64,000 bases of DNA. Source: Octopus vulgaris (taxonomy: Eukaryota). Shown piece by piece: positions 53,101 through 64,000 of this stretch (position 1 is its first letter; the number at the start of each line of letters is the position of its first letter). The stretch lies in the NCBI GenBank assembly GCA_951406725.2, contig OX597815.1, positions 209,188,001 to 209,252,000 on the forward strand, in the 5' to 3' direction. The position numbers were made by a program, and so were the translations under genes. The notes under the pieces were generated by a model. The model searched no databases. It was given only the letters and a program-made list of their open reading frames with translations, and had not been told where the DNA came from.

Positions 53101-53659
53101 TATTTAGGTATGCACATTACCATCTTGTGAATATGCTTTCAGTGTTTGATTTCGTCAGAGCTCTATATTTGCTTTGGGTCTACTACTTTCCCTTATAAAC
53201 CAGTTTAGTGAGATTTGTAATTAAATGTTTGAGTTTTAGAGTTAAGATCCTTCGATTTTATGGCTTTATGAAAGGTGAAATTTTTTTCTAAAATATCTAA
53301 GATAGTTGATGGTTGTTTCAAGATGAGAATGAAAGAGAAGATCCTCTTTAAATTAACCTTGCAAACTCCAGCAACCGGAAAGAAGATGCTAAATTATAGA
53401 TTCCTGAAGCCAAACTGAAAACAAATGAAGTGCTGCAGGCTAGATTGCCTGTACAAACTGATTCATGGTGTCAAGGGGTATGTCATTGATTATCCTTTGA
53501 AAAGCGTCTTTTGATAAAAAAAACCCATTGCAAGTTTTACCTCCAAAACCATTTCCCATCAATTTTGAGAGCACAAAGTTTGATCAAAATTTCCCTGATT
53601 GTATGTGCTTTTTTTTTCCCTTCCGCTTCACTACACTTGGTGCTATAACATAAGCAGCT

Positions 53660-54422
53660 TCAGTAATTTCTGTGGATGCTGTTCAGATAGAGTACCACCT
53701 ATGTTGGGAACAAAATCCAAATTTCAAGTGCATGGAAAGGCAAGCTTAAGAACTGAACTACAATCATTATATGATCCACCAAGAGTCACTGGCTTCCAAA
53801 ATACTTCCAAGGAAGGGTTTTTATCAAACAATTCCAATTGCAAATTTTGTCAAAGGAGAAACATTAAAATCAAGATTTTTCAAGCAGTGACATGGATGCC
53901 AGTCACTCTCACACAAATGTTCCATGGATTTCAGATAGAAACCTTAATGAACACGGCATTGGCATGTCCATATGTTTAAGAACCTACACTCGCCTCCTTA
54001 TGAGAGCTCAAAATCTCTCGTGGAAGCGCCATCCAACCAAAATGCAAATATATGGGAAACTACCACCTGTGTCATCTCTTGTGAAAGGTAGGAGAGTCCA
54101 CTTTGCTGGACATTGTTGTAGAGCTCAAAAAGAGGTAATTTCTACTCTCCTCCTCTGGAAGCCATCTACTCGCAACACCAGAGGGCGCACACTCTCCTAC
54201 CCTGATGTAATCTTCAGGGTTATAGGCATCCAGCAACAGGACCTCTGTAATGCTATGATGGACTGTGAAGTCTGGCGTAGCATGGTAAATTCCATTGTCT
54301 CAACCACGGTCGAACAATGATGATGATGATATGTTTAAGAAGCTTGCTTTGCAATCATATGGCTTTTGGATTCAGTTTTATTTGTGTGAATCTTGGGCAA
54401 GTGTTTTCTACTATAGTTATCA

Positions 54423-54453
<31 letters not shown>

Positions 54454-54920
54454 ACATTTCTGAGAATGTCTGTGTCACTTGACAATCGATGTTGGTTTGT
54501 TATCATCCCCATAGATTAGAGATTTGGCAAAAGAGACTGATTAAATAAGTACCAAACTTTAAAAATTAAAGTGCTGGGTCAATTCATTTAACTAAAAACC
54601 ATCAAGGTGGTACCCCCTGCATGGCCACAGTCTAATGATTGAGAACAAAAGAAATATTTGAGCGCAAAGGTGAGCCTGACTTATTTCTTTAAATTTGGAA
54701 GAAGATGAAATTTTTTGCTTGGCTGAATGACAAAATAATGGATCATGCTCCTTGCCTGATTGATTGATATTTCCAGCAGTTGAAGAAACTCAATCTGCAG
54801 ATGAAGGAACGAATATAAATATTATAAAATTCAATAATTTTTTGAAAGCTTTCATGAGTAAACTAGAATATTGGAATGGAAAAGCCAGTTTCAAGAACAT
54901 TTCAGTGTTTGAGAATGCCA
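53660..54920 (+). pseudogene. Decayed hAT (Charlie/Buster-type) transposase fragments (about 53660-53810 and 54700-54920)
   Basis: SDRVPPMLGTKSKFQ resembles TDGAPAMLG; HYMIHQESLASKILP resembles the CxxH region; LA*LIDI..QLKKLNLQM..KAFMSKLEYW. Confidence 0.68.
53870..54330 (+). mobile_element. RTE-clade LINE 3' end
   Basis: Same family as 5392-5655; (GAT)n tail. Confidence 0.85.
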
Positions 54921-55025
54921 TCAATACTTGTTGCAAGCTGTTGAGACCGAGCATTTCCAAAATTTACAAAAGAGAAAAAAAATTTGCAGCATTTCATAGC
55001 CTTAAAAAAAATTAATTCGGCTAAT

Positions 55026-55064
<39 letters not shown>

Positions 55065-55276
55065 ATCTCCTTGTTTTGACATAATATGATAGAGTTGTAA
55101 ATGAGTGTCACTGTCTTACAAGCAGTGTCATTGATTTCCTAAATTCTGCAAGAACTTGTCTGGCCTTGGGGAATTATTATCTTGCTTGGAAACTGTTATA
55201 ATCCAACATCAGACTGTTATAATGTCCATTTCGGTATAGCAGTGTAGTTAGTCAGACAAGTAAAGACACAACTATC

Positions 55277-55672
55277 TACTCTTTTACTCTTTTACTTGTT
55301 TCAGTCATTTGACTGCAGCCATGCTGGAGCACCACCTTTAATCGAGCAACTCGACCCCAGGACTTATACTTTTGTAAGCCCAGTACTTATTCTATCGGTC
55401 TCTTTTGCCGAACCGCTAAGTAACGGGGACATAAACACACCAGCATCGGTTGTCAAGCAATGCTAGGGGGACAAACACAGACGCACAAACACACACACGC
55501 ATATATATATATACATATATACGACGGGTTTCTTTCAGTTTCTACCAAATCCACTCACAAGGCTTTGGTCGGCCCGAGACAATAGTAGAAGACACTTGCC
55601 CAAGGTGCCACACAGTGGGACTGAACCCGGAACCATGTGGCTGGTAAACAAGCTACTTACCATACAGCCACG
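55277..55672 (-). mobile_element. SINE family A
   Basis: Homology to family A. Confidence 0.9.
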
Positions 55673-55735
55673 ACTGATTTTGCTGATTTCTCAACAACTC
55701 AACTTCCTACATCACAGTTTTGTAACTAGCACATA

Positions 55736-56028
55736 GTCGCTTAATTCATCTATGAAGCAATTGCCCCAGATCCCTTTCAGGGTTGGTGAAAGTGATGTGG
55801 TGGACAACGAAAAACCTGGCTGATGACTGTCAAGGCTGATCTGGAACCCAACCTAGGCCCCCATGTCTACGGCGTTCGCCGCTGGAATAAGGAGTGGTTG
55901 GAGATCACGTGGTCATTAGCCTCAAATCGCCAGATCTGGTTGGCGTTTGTGAGAGATGCAGCATTGAGGATGAATGAAGCCAGCTCAACCCACACCGGTT
56001 GAATGCTGTCTCAAGACAAGACAAGAAG
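55736..56028 (+). mobile_element. RTE LINE 3' end with TSD
   Basis: GW*K*CGGQRKTWLMTVKADLE..LASNRQIW; caagacaagacaag tail; flanked by aactRgcacata. Confidence 0.8.
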
Positions 56029-56119
56029 AACTGGCACATACCACTCATTAAGTGGAAGGAGTGTTCCATTATTATTGTTGTTGTTGTTGTTGCTGCTGCT
56101 GCTGCTTGTTTGTTTGTTT

Positions 56120-56425
56120 GTTTGTTTGTTGGTGGGAGAAGTCTGAAACATGGTCCTTTGCTATTCATAAGACCCGCAGAAGAGAAATCAGATCAACCCC
56201 CGACACCGAGAGCATCGACGGATGGATGAATGTTCATCCAGGCTCAGCAGTTGCATAGGAAGTCGGGGACAAGAAACAGGAAGAAAGAGTGAGAGAAAGT
56301 TTGGAGTGAAAGAGTACACTAGGGGTCGCCACCACCCCCTGCCGGAGCCTCGTGGAGCTTTAGGTGTTTTCGCTCAATAAACACACACAACTCCCGGTCT
56401 GGGAATCGAAACCGCGATCCTCCAC
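56120..56425 (-). mobile_element. SINE family F variant, partial
   Basis: Shares its body with 60771-61075. Confidence 0.72.
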
Positions 56426-56441
56426 TCTGTCGTTGCTGTTG

Positions 56442-56718
<277 letters not shown>

Positions 56719-57254
56719 GCCCATAACAGAAACAAGTAAGGACTGGTGACAGGAAGAGCCTCTAGCTACAGAAAAATCTGCCTTAAATAAACTGTCAAAT
56801 AAACTATGCAAGAATGGAAAAGTGAACATTAAAAGATGATGGCTATCTGTTGAATTCAATGATGGTGTATTGAATTTACTGAGAAATTCATCTAAATATC
56901 AGAAACGTACTTTTCTGACAAGTGATTTGATCTGAGAAATTGAGTTGAAACTAAACGTTTACATCATGGAAGGCACGTATTGGCCGCTCAAAAGCATTCA
57001 AAAATTTTAACTGTACTTAAACATTTATCATTTGACAGCAAGATTTTCACCACACGAACAATTATTTGGTCCCTGACAGAGTTCCACTGTGAATTATCCA
57101 TCCAAAACGTTCTTGATGATTGTCAAGATGCATCTGAAGTTGAAATTTTAGCCTTTCATGTGTAATTCCTAACCAAAAAAAAAAAAAGTAAGCAAGTGTT
57201 ATACAAGCATAGATTCTATATGCATCGACATATCGTTGCAAGTCTGGCTTTTAA

Positions 57255-58003
57255 ACATCATCATCATCATCATCAACAACATTTAACATCCGTTTTTCCA
57301 TGCTGGCATGTGTTGGAAGGCTTTGGCAGGAACTGGCAAGGCCAAGGACCATACCAGGTTTCATAGTCTGGTTTGGCTTGGTTTCTATAGCTGGATGCAC
57401 TTCTTAATGCCAACCATTTTACCGAGTGTACTAGGTGCTTTTTACATGGCACCATCACCAGTACTTTTTACACCCACACAAGTGCTTTAGGATCTCGATT
57501 CTGTAGTGGTGGGTGGGTGGGTCTTCTTGAGTACATTAACTTGCCTCATATCTTGGTTCTCTGTCAAAGAAGTAGATTAGAAGTGGAAAATGATGGGTAT
57601 TGTGCCTTACTGGCACTTGTGCCTGTGCTAGTAGGGTGCCAAGAGCACCATCCGAGCATGATCGTTGCCAGAGCAGCTAATTGGCTTCCGTGCCGGTGGC
57701 ACATAAAAGGGCACCATTCAAGCATGATCGTTACCAGCGTCGCCTTACTGGCACCTGTGCTGGTGGTATCTGTGAAAAGATTTGCGCGAGGTCATTGCCA
57801 GTACTGCCTGACAGGCCCCCATGCTGGTGGCCCATAAAAAGCACCCACTACACTCTCAGAGTGGTTGGCATTCGGAAGGGCATCAAGCTGTAGAAACTCT
57901 GCCAGATCAAGATTGGAGCCTGGTGCAGCCATCTGGTTTACCAGTCCTCAGTCAAAATCGTCCAACCCATGCTAGCATGGAAAGCAGATGTTAAACGATG
58001 ATG
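57255..58003. mobile_element. Two back-to-back RTE 3' UTRs (- then +)
   Basis: (CAT)n at the left end, (GAT)n at the right end. Confidence 0.78.
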
Positions 58004-58309
58004 TGCCTTCTTAAAGATGCCTTTGCGTATTCAAGAATTAGCAAAGGAAAAACAGTCAAAAGCTGTACATTTGACTTCAGTCTTCATCAGAATAAAATGA
58101 ATTACAATACTCTGACATTCTGTTGAACTATTTATTTATCAATATACACATCAGTAGCTTTTGACTGGCAAAAATTTAGTTATGAATATAAAAAAAAAAA
58201 AAAAAAACTTAATTCTTTTTCAAGTTTTAGTATCTACCAACATTTTCTATCACTATTAAATTTGTGAACCTTGTGACATGATTGGCCTGTTCTAGCTTTG
58301 TGTGGTGGT

Positions 58310-58485
58310 ATTTGGCGTTTTGAGTTCAAATTCCGCCGAGGTCGACTTTGCCTTTCATCCTTTCAGGGTCAATTAAATAGGTACTAGTTATGTACAGGGG
58401 TCAATATAATCGACTTAATCTGTTTGTCTGTCATTGTTTGTTCTCTCTGTGTTTAACCCCTTGTGGGTAGTAAAGAAATAGGTAT
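58310..58485 (+). mobile_element. SINE family B, 5'-truncated
   Basis: Homology to family B. Confidence 0.82.
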
Positions 58486-58729
58486 TCTGCAACAAAGCCC
58501 TTCACTCCAGTTCTGTCCCTGATCTTTTCATTTTCAGTGTAATCTCTTTGTGAAATTCCCATCATCGAAGTTTTCATTGAAAATTGGAAATGAATGATAG
58601 TGTTTGTTTGATGGTAGCACTCATTTGCAACTATCATGTGAAGCATGCGTGCATATATATATGCACACTGGTGCACATACACATGCATATATGAATACAT
58701 ACACACGGTTACATAGATGCATACATACA

Positions 58730-58965
58730 TCATGTAAAAAGCGCCAACCGATCATGGCCATTTGCCAGCCTCCCCTGGCACCTGTGCCGGTGGCACATGA
58801 AAAGCAACCACTACACTCACGGAGTGGTTGGCATTATGAAAGGCATCCAGCTGTAGAAACACTGCCAGATCAGAGCCTGGTGCAGCCTCCTGTCATCCCA
58901 GACCCCGGTCGAACCGTCAAACCCATGCTAGCATGGAAAACGGATGTTAAACGATGATGATGATG
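58730..58965 (+). mobile_element. RTE 3' UTR (family C)
   Basis: Family motifs and (GAT)n tail. Confidence 0.8.
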
Positions 58966-59510
58966 ATATATGATAGGCTTTCTTCAGTTTCTATATGCAA
59001 AATCCACTCACAAGGCTTTGTTAGACAAGTAAAGACACAACTACCTATGACTGATTTCTTTGACTTTTCAATGACGCAACTTCCTCTGTCACAGTTTTGT
59101 AACTGGTACTTATCACTCATCAAGTAGAAGGAGTATTCCATCATTATTATTATTGTTATTGTTGTTGTTATGCTTTTCTGTTTACATTTTGAGTAATTTT
59201 TTTAATTTGCTAAGACCTTAGCTGTATCTCTAAAGATATACATACTATAATATATATGTTGCCTAAGGCGCCACAGAGTAGGATTGAACACAAAACCATT
59301 TGGTTGAGAAGCAAACCTCTTAACCACACAGCCAAGTTTGTAAATGTATATGTACTAATAAACATTGCCTATTCCAGCAATGTTGCCAACCACATAGTTC
59401 CGGGTTCAGTCTGGCACCTTGGGCAAGTGTCTTCTACTATAGTCTCAGGCCAACCAAAGCCTTGTGAGTGGATTTGGTAGACAGAAGCTAAAAGAAGCTC
59501 GTCGTATATA

Positions 59511-59551
<41 letters not shown>

Positions 59552-59554
<3 letters not shown>

Positions 59555-60023
59555 AGTAGGTGAATGAATTATCCTAATATGGAAAATTTGGTTAACCGAT
59601 ACCTGGGTAGCAAATTCACGTCAGAAAACACGGTTGAAGCTACATATCAAGGGTAGGAACACCGTGTTCTTGTGTGTAAATTTGTGTGTTTTTTTAAATA
59701 TGAATAAATGAAAGAATGGAGTCGAACGAATATTTTAACAAAATTCCTTTTTAGTACTTCCTCCTTCCAATCAATTTTGACGTCATTGCTTATAACGGAT
59801 TATTTTTAAAAAAACAATCATTATCACTGTGGACACAATGTAGGCAGTCATCAAAAAGTTTTTGTTCATCTTGAGACTGATAGAGGTTCCTTGTCTTTCC
59901 TGAGGAGAAGACTGCATAATGCACCTTTTATTCCTTCAGAATTAAGAGTATGCAGTCTTCGAAACATGTGTCGAGAGTAAAGGATTTTGTTAAAATATTC
60001 GTTCGACTCCATTCTTTCATTTA

Positions 60024-60030
<7 letters not shown>
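59552..60030 (+). mobile_element. Non-coding Penelope-like/retrozyme-like insert within the (TA)n of a SINE A (head about 59385-59510, tail about 60125-60312)
   Basis: Contains a hammerhead motif and a 47-bp inverted repeat (59698-59744 / 59984-60030). Confidence 0.65.
59895..59977 (+). ncRNA. Type-I hammerhead ribozyme motif
   Basis: Stem I ctttc/gagag; core CTGAGGA 59900-59906; 12-bp perfect stem II gaagactgcata/tatgcagtcttc; GAAAC 59961-59965; loop atgt; GTC cleavage triplet 59970-59972. Confidence 0.8.
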
Positions 60031-60099
<69 letters not shown>

Positions 60100-60568
60100 T
60101 ATATGTATGTATGTATGTATGTGTGTGTATATGTTTGTGTGTCTGTGATTGTCGCCCCAACATCGCTTGACAACCGGTTCGGCAAAAGAGACCGATAGAA
60201 TAAAGTACTAGGCTTACAAAGAATAAGTCCTGGGGTTGATTTGCTCGACTAAAGGTGGTGCTCAAGCAAGGCTGCAGTCAAACAACTAAAACAAGTAAAA
60301 GAGTAAAAGAGTATATATAGGTGCATGAGTGGCTGTGAGGTAAGAAGCTTGCTTCCTAACGGAATCGGTAAAGGAATAAAAGAATATAAAATGTAAAGCA
60401 GATAATGTTTTTCACTTTGATGCATGTAGATATGACTGTACTGCTCTCCAGATGAAACATCGTGCAGCTTCTAAGTAACATTTGAAATATAAAATATTAT
60501 GCTTTTCTGTTATATTTTGAGTAATTTTTTAATTTGTAAAGACCTTGGCTGTATGTCTAAAGATATAG

Positions 60569-60729
60569 GGTGTTGGAGTGGCTGTGTGGTAAGTAGCTTG
60601 CTTACGATCCACATGGTTCCGGGTTCAGTCCCACTGTGTGGCACCTTGGGCAAGTGCCTTCTACTATAGCCTCAGGCTGACCAAAGCCTTGTGAGTGGAT
60701 TTTGTAGATGGAAACTGAAAGAAGCCCGT

Positions 60730-60776
<47 letters not shown>

Positions 60777-61072
60777 ATCACATGACTGACCAGACCATCA
60801 GATGTTGTTACACATCGCTGGTCACAATGCGTTCGCATTGTTTTAGCCTTCGAATGATGCCACCCCGCTGGCTAAGCGAGCAGGCGAACAGAAGAAAGAG
60901 TGGGAGAAAGAGTGGTGAAAGAGTACAGCAGGGAACATCAAATCCTGCCAGAGCTTCGTGGAGCTTCTTAGTGTTTTTGCTCAATAAACACTCACAACGC
61001 CCGGTCTGGGAATCAAAACCGCGATCCTACAACCGCGAGTCCACTGCCCTAACCACTGGGCCATTGCGCCTC

Positions 61073-61113
<41 letters not shown>

Positions 61114-61310
61114 GTGTGGTTTGTGTGTCTGTGTTTGTCTCCCCAACATCGCTTGACAACCGATGGTGGTTCGGCAAAAGAGACCGATAGAGTAAGTACT
61201 AGGTTTACAAAGAATAAGTCCTGGGGTCGATTTGCTTGACTAAAGGCGGTGCTCCAGCATGGCCACAGTCAAATGACTGAAACAAGTAAAAGAGTAAAAG
61301 AGTAAAGAGT
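60569..61310 (+). mobile_element. SINE family A split by SINE F
   Basis: Head 60569-60735, tail about 61110-61310. Confidence 0.85.
60771..61075 (-). mobile_element. tRNA-derived SINE family F
   Basis: Minus-strand head tggaggcgcaatggcccagtggttagggc..ggttttgattccc with A and B boxes; flanked by (TA)n. Confidence 0.82.
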
Positions 61311-61367
61311 ATACATACTATGATATATGTGTAGGTATGTGTGTGTATATATGGGATGTTTGGTCCT

Positions 61368-61940
61368 ATAAACATCATGTAAAGGTCCTTCAATGCTTTC
61401 ATCAGAGATGTCTCAGACACATTTTGAATGTTGGCTGGACCTTAAAATTACCAGACACACAGGTCCTGAGGAAAGCTGATATCTTGAGTATTGAGGCAAT
61501 GGTGCACAAGCACCAGTTATGTTGGACTGGACACCTTATTAGAATGAAGGATAGCAGGATCCCTAAACAGATGGCATATGGGAAACCAAGGCTGTGATTT
61601 AAGGACTGTGTCAAGCCCTCATTAAAGGCCTGTGATATGCAGGAGACCGATTGGGAGAGCAATGCCTGTCATCACCACAGATGGAAGAAGCAGGTCAAAG
61701 AGGGGGTCAACAGCTTTGAAAGAGGATGTATTCTGCATGAAGAATTTAAGTGTGCTGCTCGAAAGTGCACTGCTGGTGTAGTGAACAGAGAAAGCTTGAT
61801 TTGCAATGTTTATAGTTGTGTATGCTTGTCAAGAGCAGGGCTCATTAGCTACCAAATGCAAAATATAAGTTAGTCCTAGAGCACATAATGCTACTAAAGG
61901 TCAGCAAATGGTCTTCCTCGGTCACAAGGGGATAGCCATC
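61368..61940 (+). mobile_element. RTE LINE 3' end with perfect 21-bp TSD
   Basis: FHQRCLRHIL..WTGHLIRMKDSRIPKQ and a C-terminal C..C-like finger; atatatgggatgtttggtcct at 61347-61367 and 61941-61961. Confidence 0.9.
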
Positions 61941-62307
61941 ATATATGGGATGTTTGGTCCTCCAAAATTGTCTTGGTGTATAAGTCAATCAATTGTTTTT
62001 GGCTGAAGATTTGGGTTACAAAAATTCAACTTGTATGCTAGAAAATATGGTCTTCTTCAAGTGGAAACAAACAGGGTACATAATGCCATAAGCGATAGAG
62101 AACATTAATACCATATTAGTTTATAGGTGTTAAATGATACATTGTGGCTAAGTGAGAATGAGGGAGATATAGCCAAAGATTCTTGTGGTGCCATTCCATA
62201 ATTCTTACTATGCCAAAAGTTTGTTGTTTTCCACTTGTAAATTAATATGCTATATGTGTGTGTGAGTGAGTGTAATATTATTTATAGATATATTATTATT
62301 ATTATTA

Positions 62308-62361
<54 letters not shown>

Positions 62362-64000
62362 GTTAGATATAGATAGTAAACATACAGACATAAGTACATA
62401 CAGATAGCAACACCTTCCTGTCAAAATACCACTATCAATTCATAAAATCAATTTACAAGATAAATATAGGAAAAGAGTAAAATTAGCAGAAAAAAAAGTA
62501 AATAGGCAATTTCGTTTTTTTTTTCTAACTAGGCAGTTAAAAATAAACAACACGCAAAAAAACAACAAACAAAACAAAATATAATAAAATAAATCAATAA
62601 CAGGACATCATAGAGACAATTTCAAGAAAATACAAATAGTTGACAAAATAAATTATATTTTCTTCCTTCTTTTTCTTTTTTTTTTTTTTTTCACCAAATG
62701 ATTGTTTACTTGGTGGAATTTCAGCTAATTAAAGTCTCTATCAATAAATACCAAATAAAATAAATAAAATATATACAACTAAAAAAAAAAGTACAGAGGA
62801 AAAAAAATAATAATAAATGTATGTACAACTAAGAAGAGCAAGCATATATTTAATACTTTCTATTGACATTGTGCAAAATCAATTTTTGCCGCTTATTATA
62901 ATGTGTGTGAATGTGTGTGTATGTGTGTGCATGCGTGTGTGTGTATGTATGTATGTATATATGAGTGTATGTATATAGTTTTGTCGTTTGTTTGTTGGTT
63001 TACCTAGTCTAGTGTGGCATGGATGGGAGTAGAACAGAGGCAAATTTCTTTGTCCAGATGCACTTCCTGCCACCAATCCTTACCTGTTTTCCAATTAAGA
63101 GGTTTGTTTATTATTTTATAGCAGAACAGTCTGAAAACACAGACAATTTATTGGTAGGAAATGTCAACAAACTGCAACAAATTTCAATCTAAAAGCAAAT
63201 TATTTCGTCACTATTTGTCGGAAAGCTGCAGACATTGACACCAACCCAGCATAGTTTTCTAAACATTCACACACGCACACAAACAAACAAACAATGGGCT
63301 TCTTTCAATTTCCCTTTACCAAATATCTCGCAAGTCACTGATTGGCCCAGGGCTATGATAGATGATGCTTAAGTTCCATGCAGTCAGACAGAACCTGAAA
63401 TCACACTGTTGGGAAACAAATTTCTTAATTACGACACATCTGCGATTCAACAGCTTCAAAGTCATGGTTAAAATTTTCTTTGTAAAAATTAATTGACGAA
63501 TATCTATCTATCTGTCTGTCTGTCAGTCTATCCATCCATCCATCCATCCATCCAGCCATTCAGCCATCCAGTCATCTATCTATCAGAAATCTTTGAGTAT
63601 AATCCACAGGGGATTTTTAGGGGTTTGTACTTCTGAAAAACCTAAACCTTGTGTATAATACGCACCCCTTCTTTAACTTAAGTCGTGCGTAATTAAGCCA
63701 GAGGCACCTAGTTGAACAACAAACACTACCGCGCATGTGTAATACAATAATGGTGATGTTCTTAACTGTTATATGGGAATGTAAATATGTTTGCAAATTG
63801 TTTTTGTTACGTTATTCTGTGTTCTGAATACTTTTATTTTAATATATGTTGCTTACTGCAAGTTATGGATGATTCTTTTATGATTTCGTTGCTTTCAGGC
63901 TTAGCTTAAGGTATTTTTGCACCCAGCATCACAAAATGCGTCTGAATAAACATTGCCTGACACAAATAGAGACTCGGACATTGCCTAGAAAATATTTTTT

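Noticed and set aside
58062-58095. Minus-strand ctgatgaagactgaagtcaaatgta, hammerhead-like
   Set aside because: GAAA core is broken and there is no stem I; at best a dead remnant.
60990-61075. tRNA gene
   Set aside because: tRNA-like head continuous with a SINE body; degenerate B box and no clean cloverleaf.
63590-63680. pogo/Tc-like terminal motif gtataatacgcacc
   Set aside because: Partner TIR not visible in the window; too little to call.

Overview
AT-rich, repeat-saturated eukaryotic DNA, not prokaryotic: no operons, CRISPR arrays or rRNA. The tRNA-derived SINE families, very dense (TA)n/(AAT)n/(CATA)n microsatellites and the LINE mix point to a coleoid cephalopod, most likely Octopus (inference). 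Nearly all ORF-track entries are microsatellite or SINE artefacts. Recognisable content: at least four SINE families; 3' fragments of several RTE-clade LINEs and one CR1/L2-like LINE; R4/Dong-like RLE retrotransposons sitting in (AAT)n; an internally deleted mariner plus MITEs; non-autonomous Helitrons; and decayed Academ and hAT transposases. One probable host terminal coding exon lies at 16334-16597. Best leads: (1) minimal type-I hammerhead ribozyme motifs, one intact and enclosed by a 47-bp inverted repeat; (2) a 2.2-kb array of phased GAAAATTTTC motifs between the host exon and a scrambled partial copy of it; (3) a non-coding ~550-bp element that shares the (AAT)n target of the Dong-like LINEs; (4) a gap-free diverged 183-bp duplicate with codon-like substitution bias. 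Coordinates were read by eye, so repeat ends are approximate.
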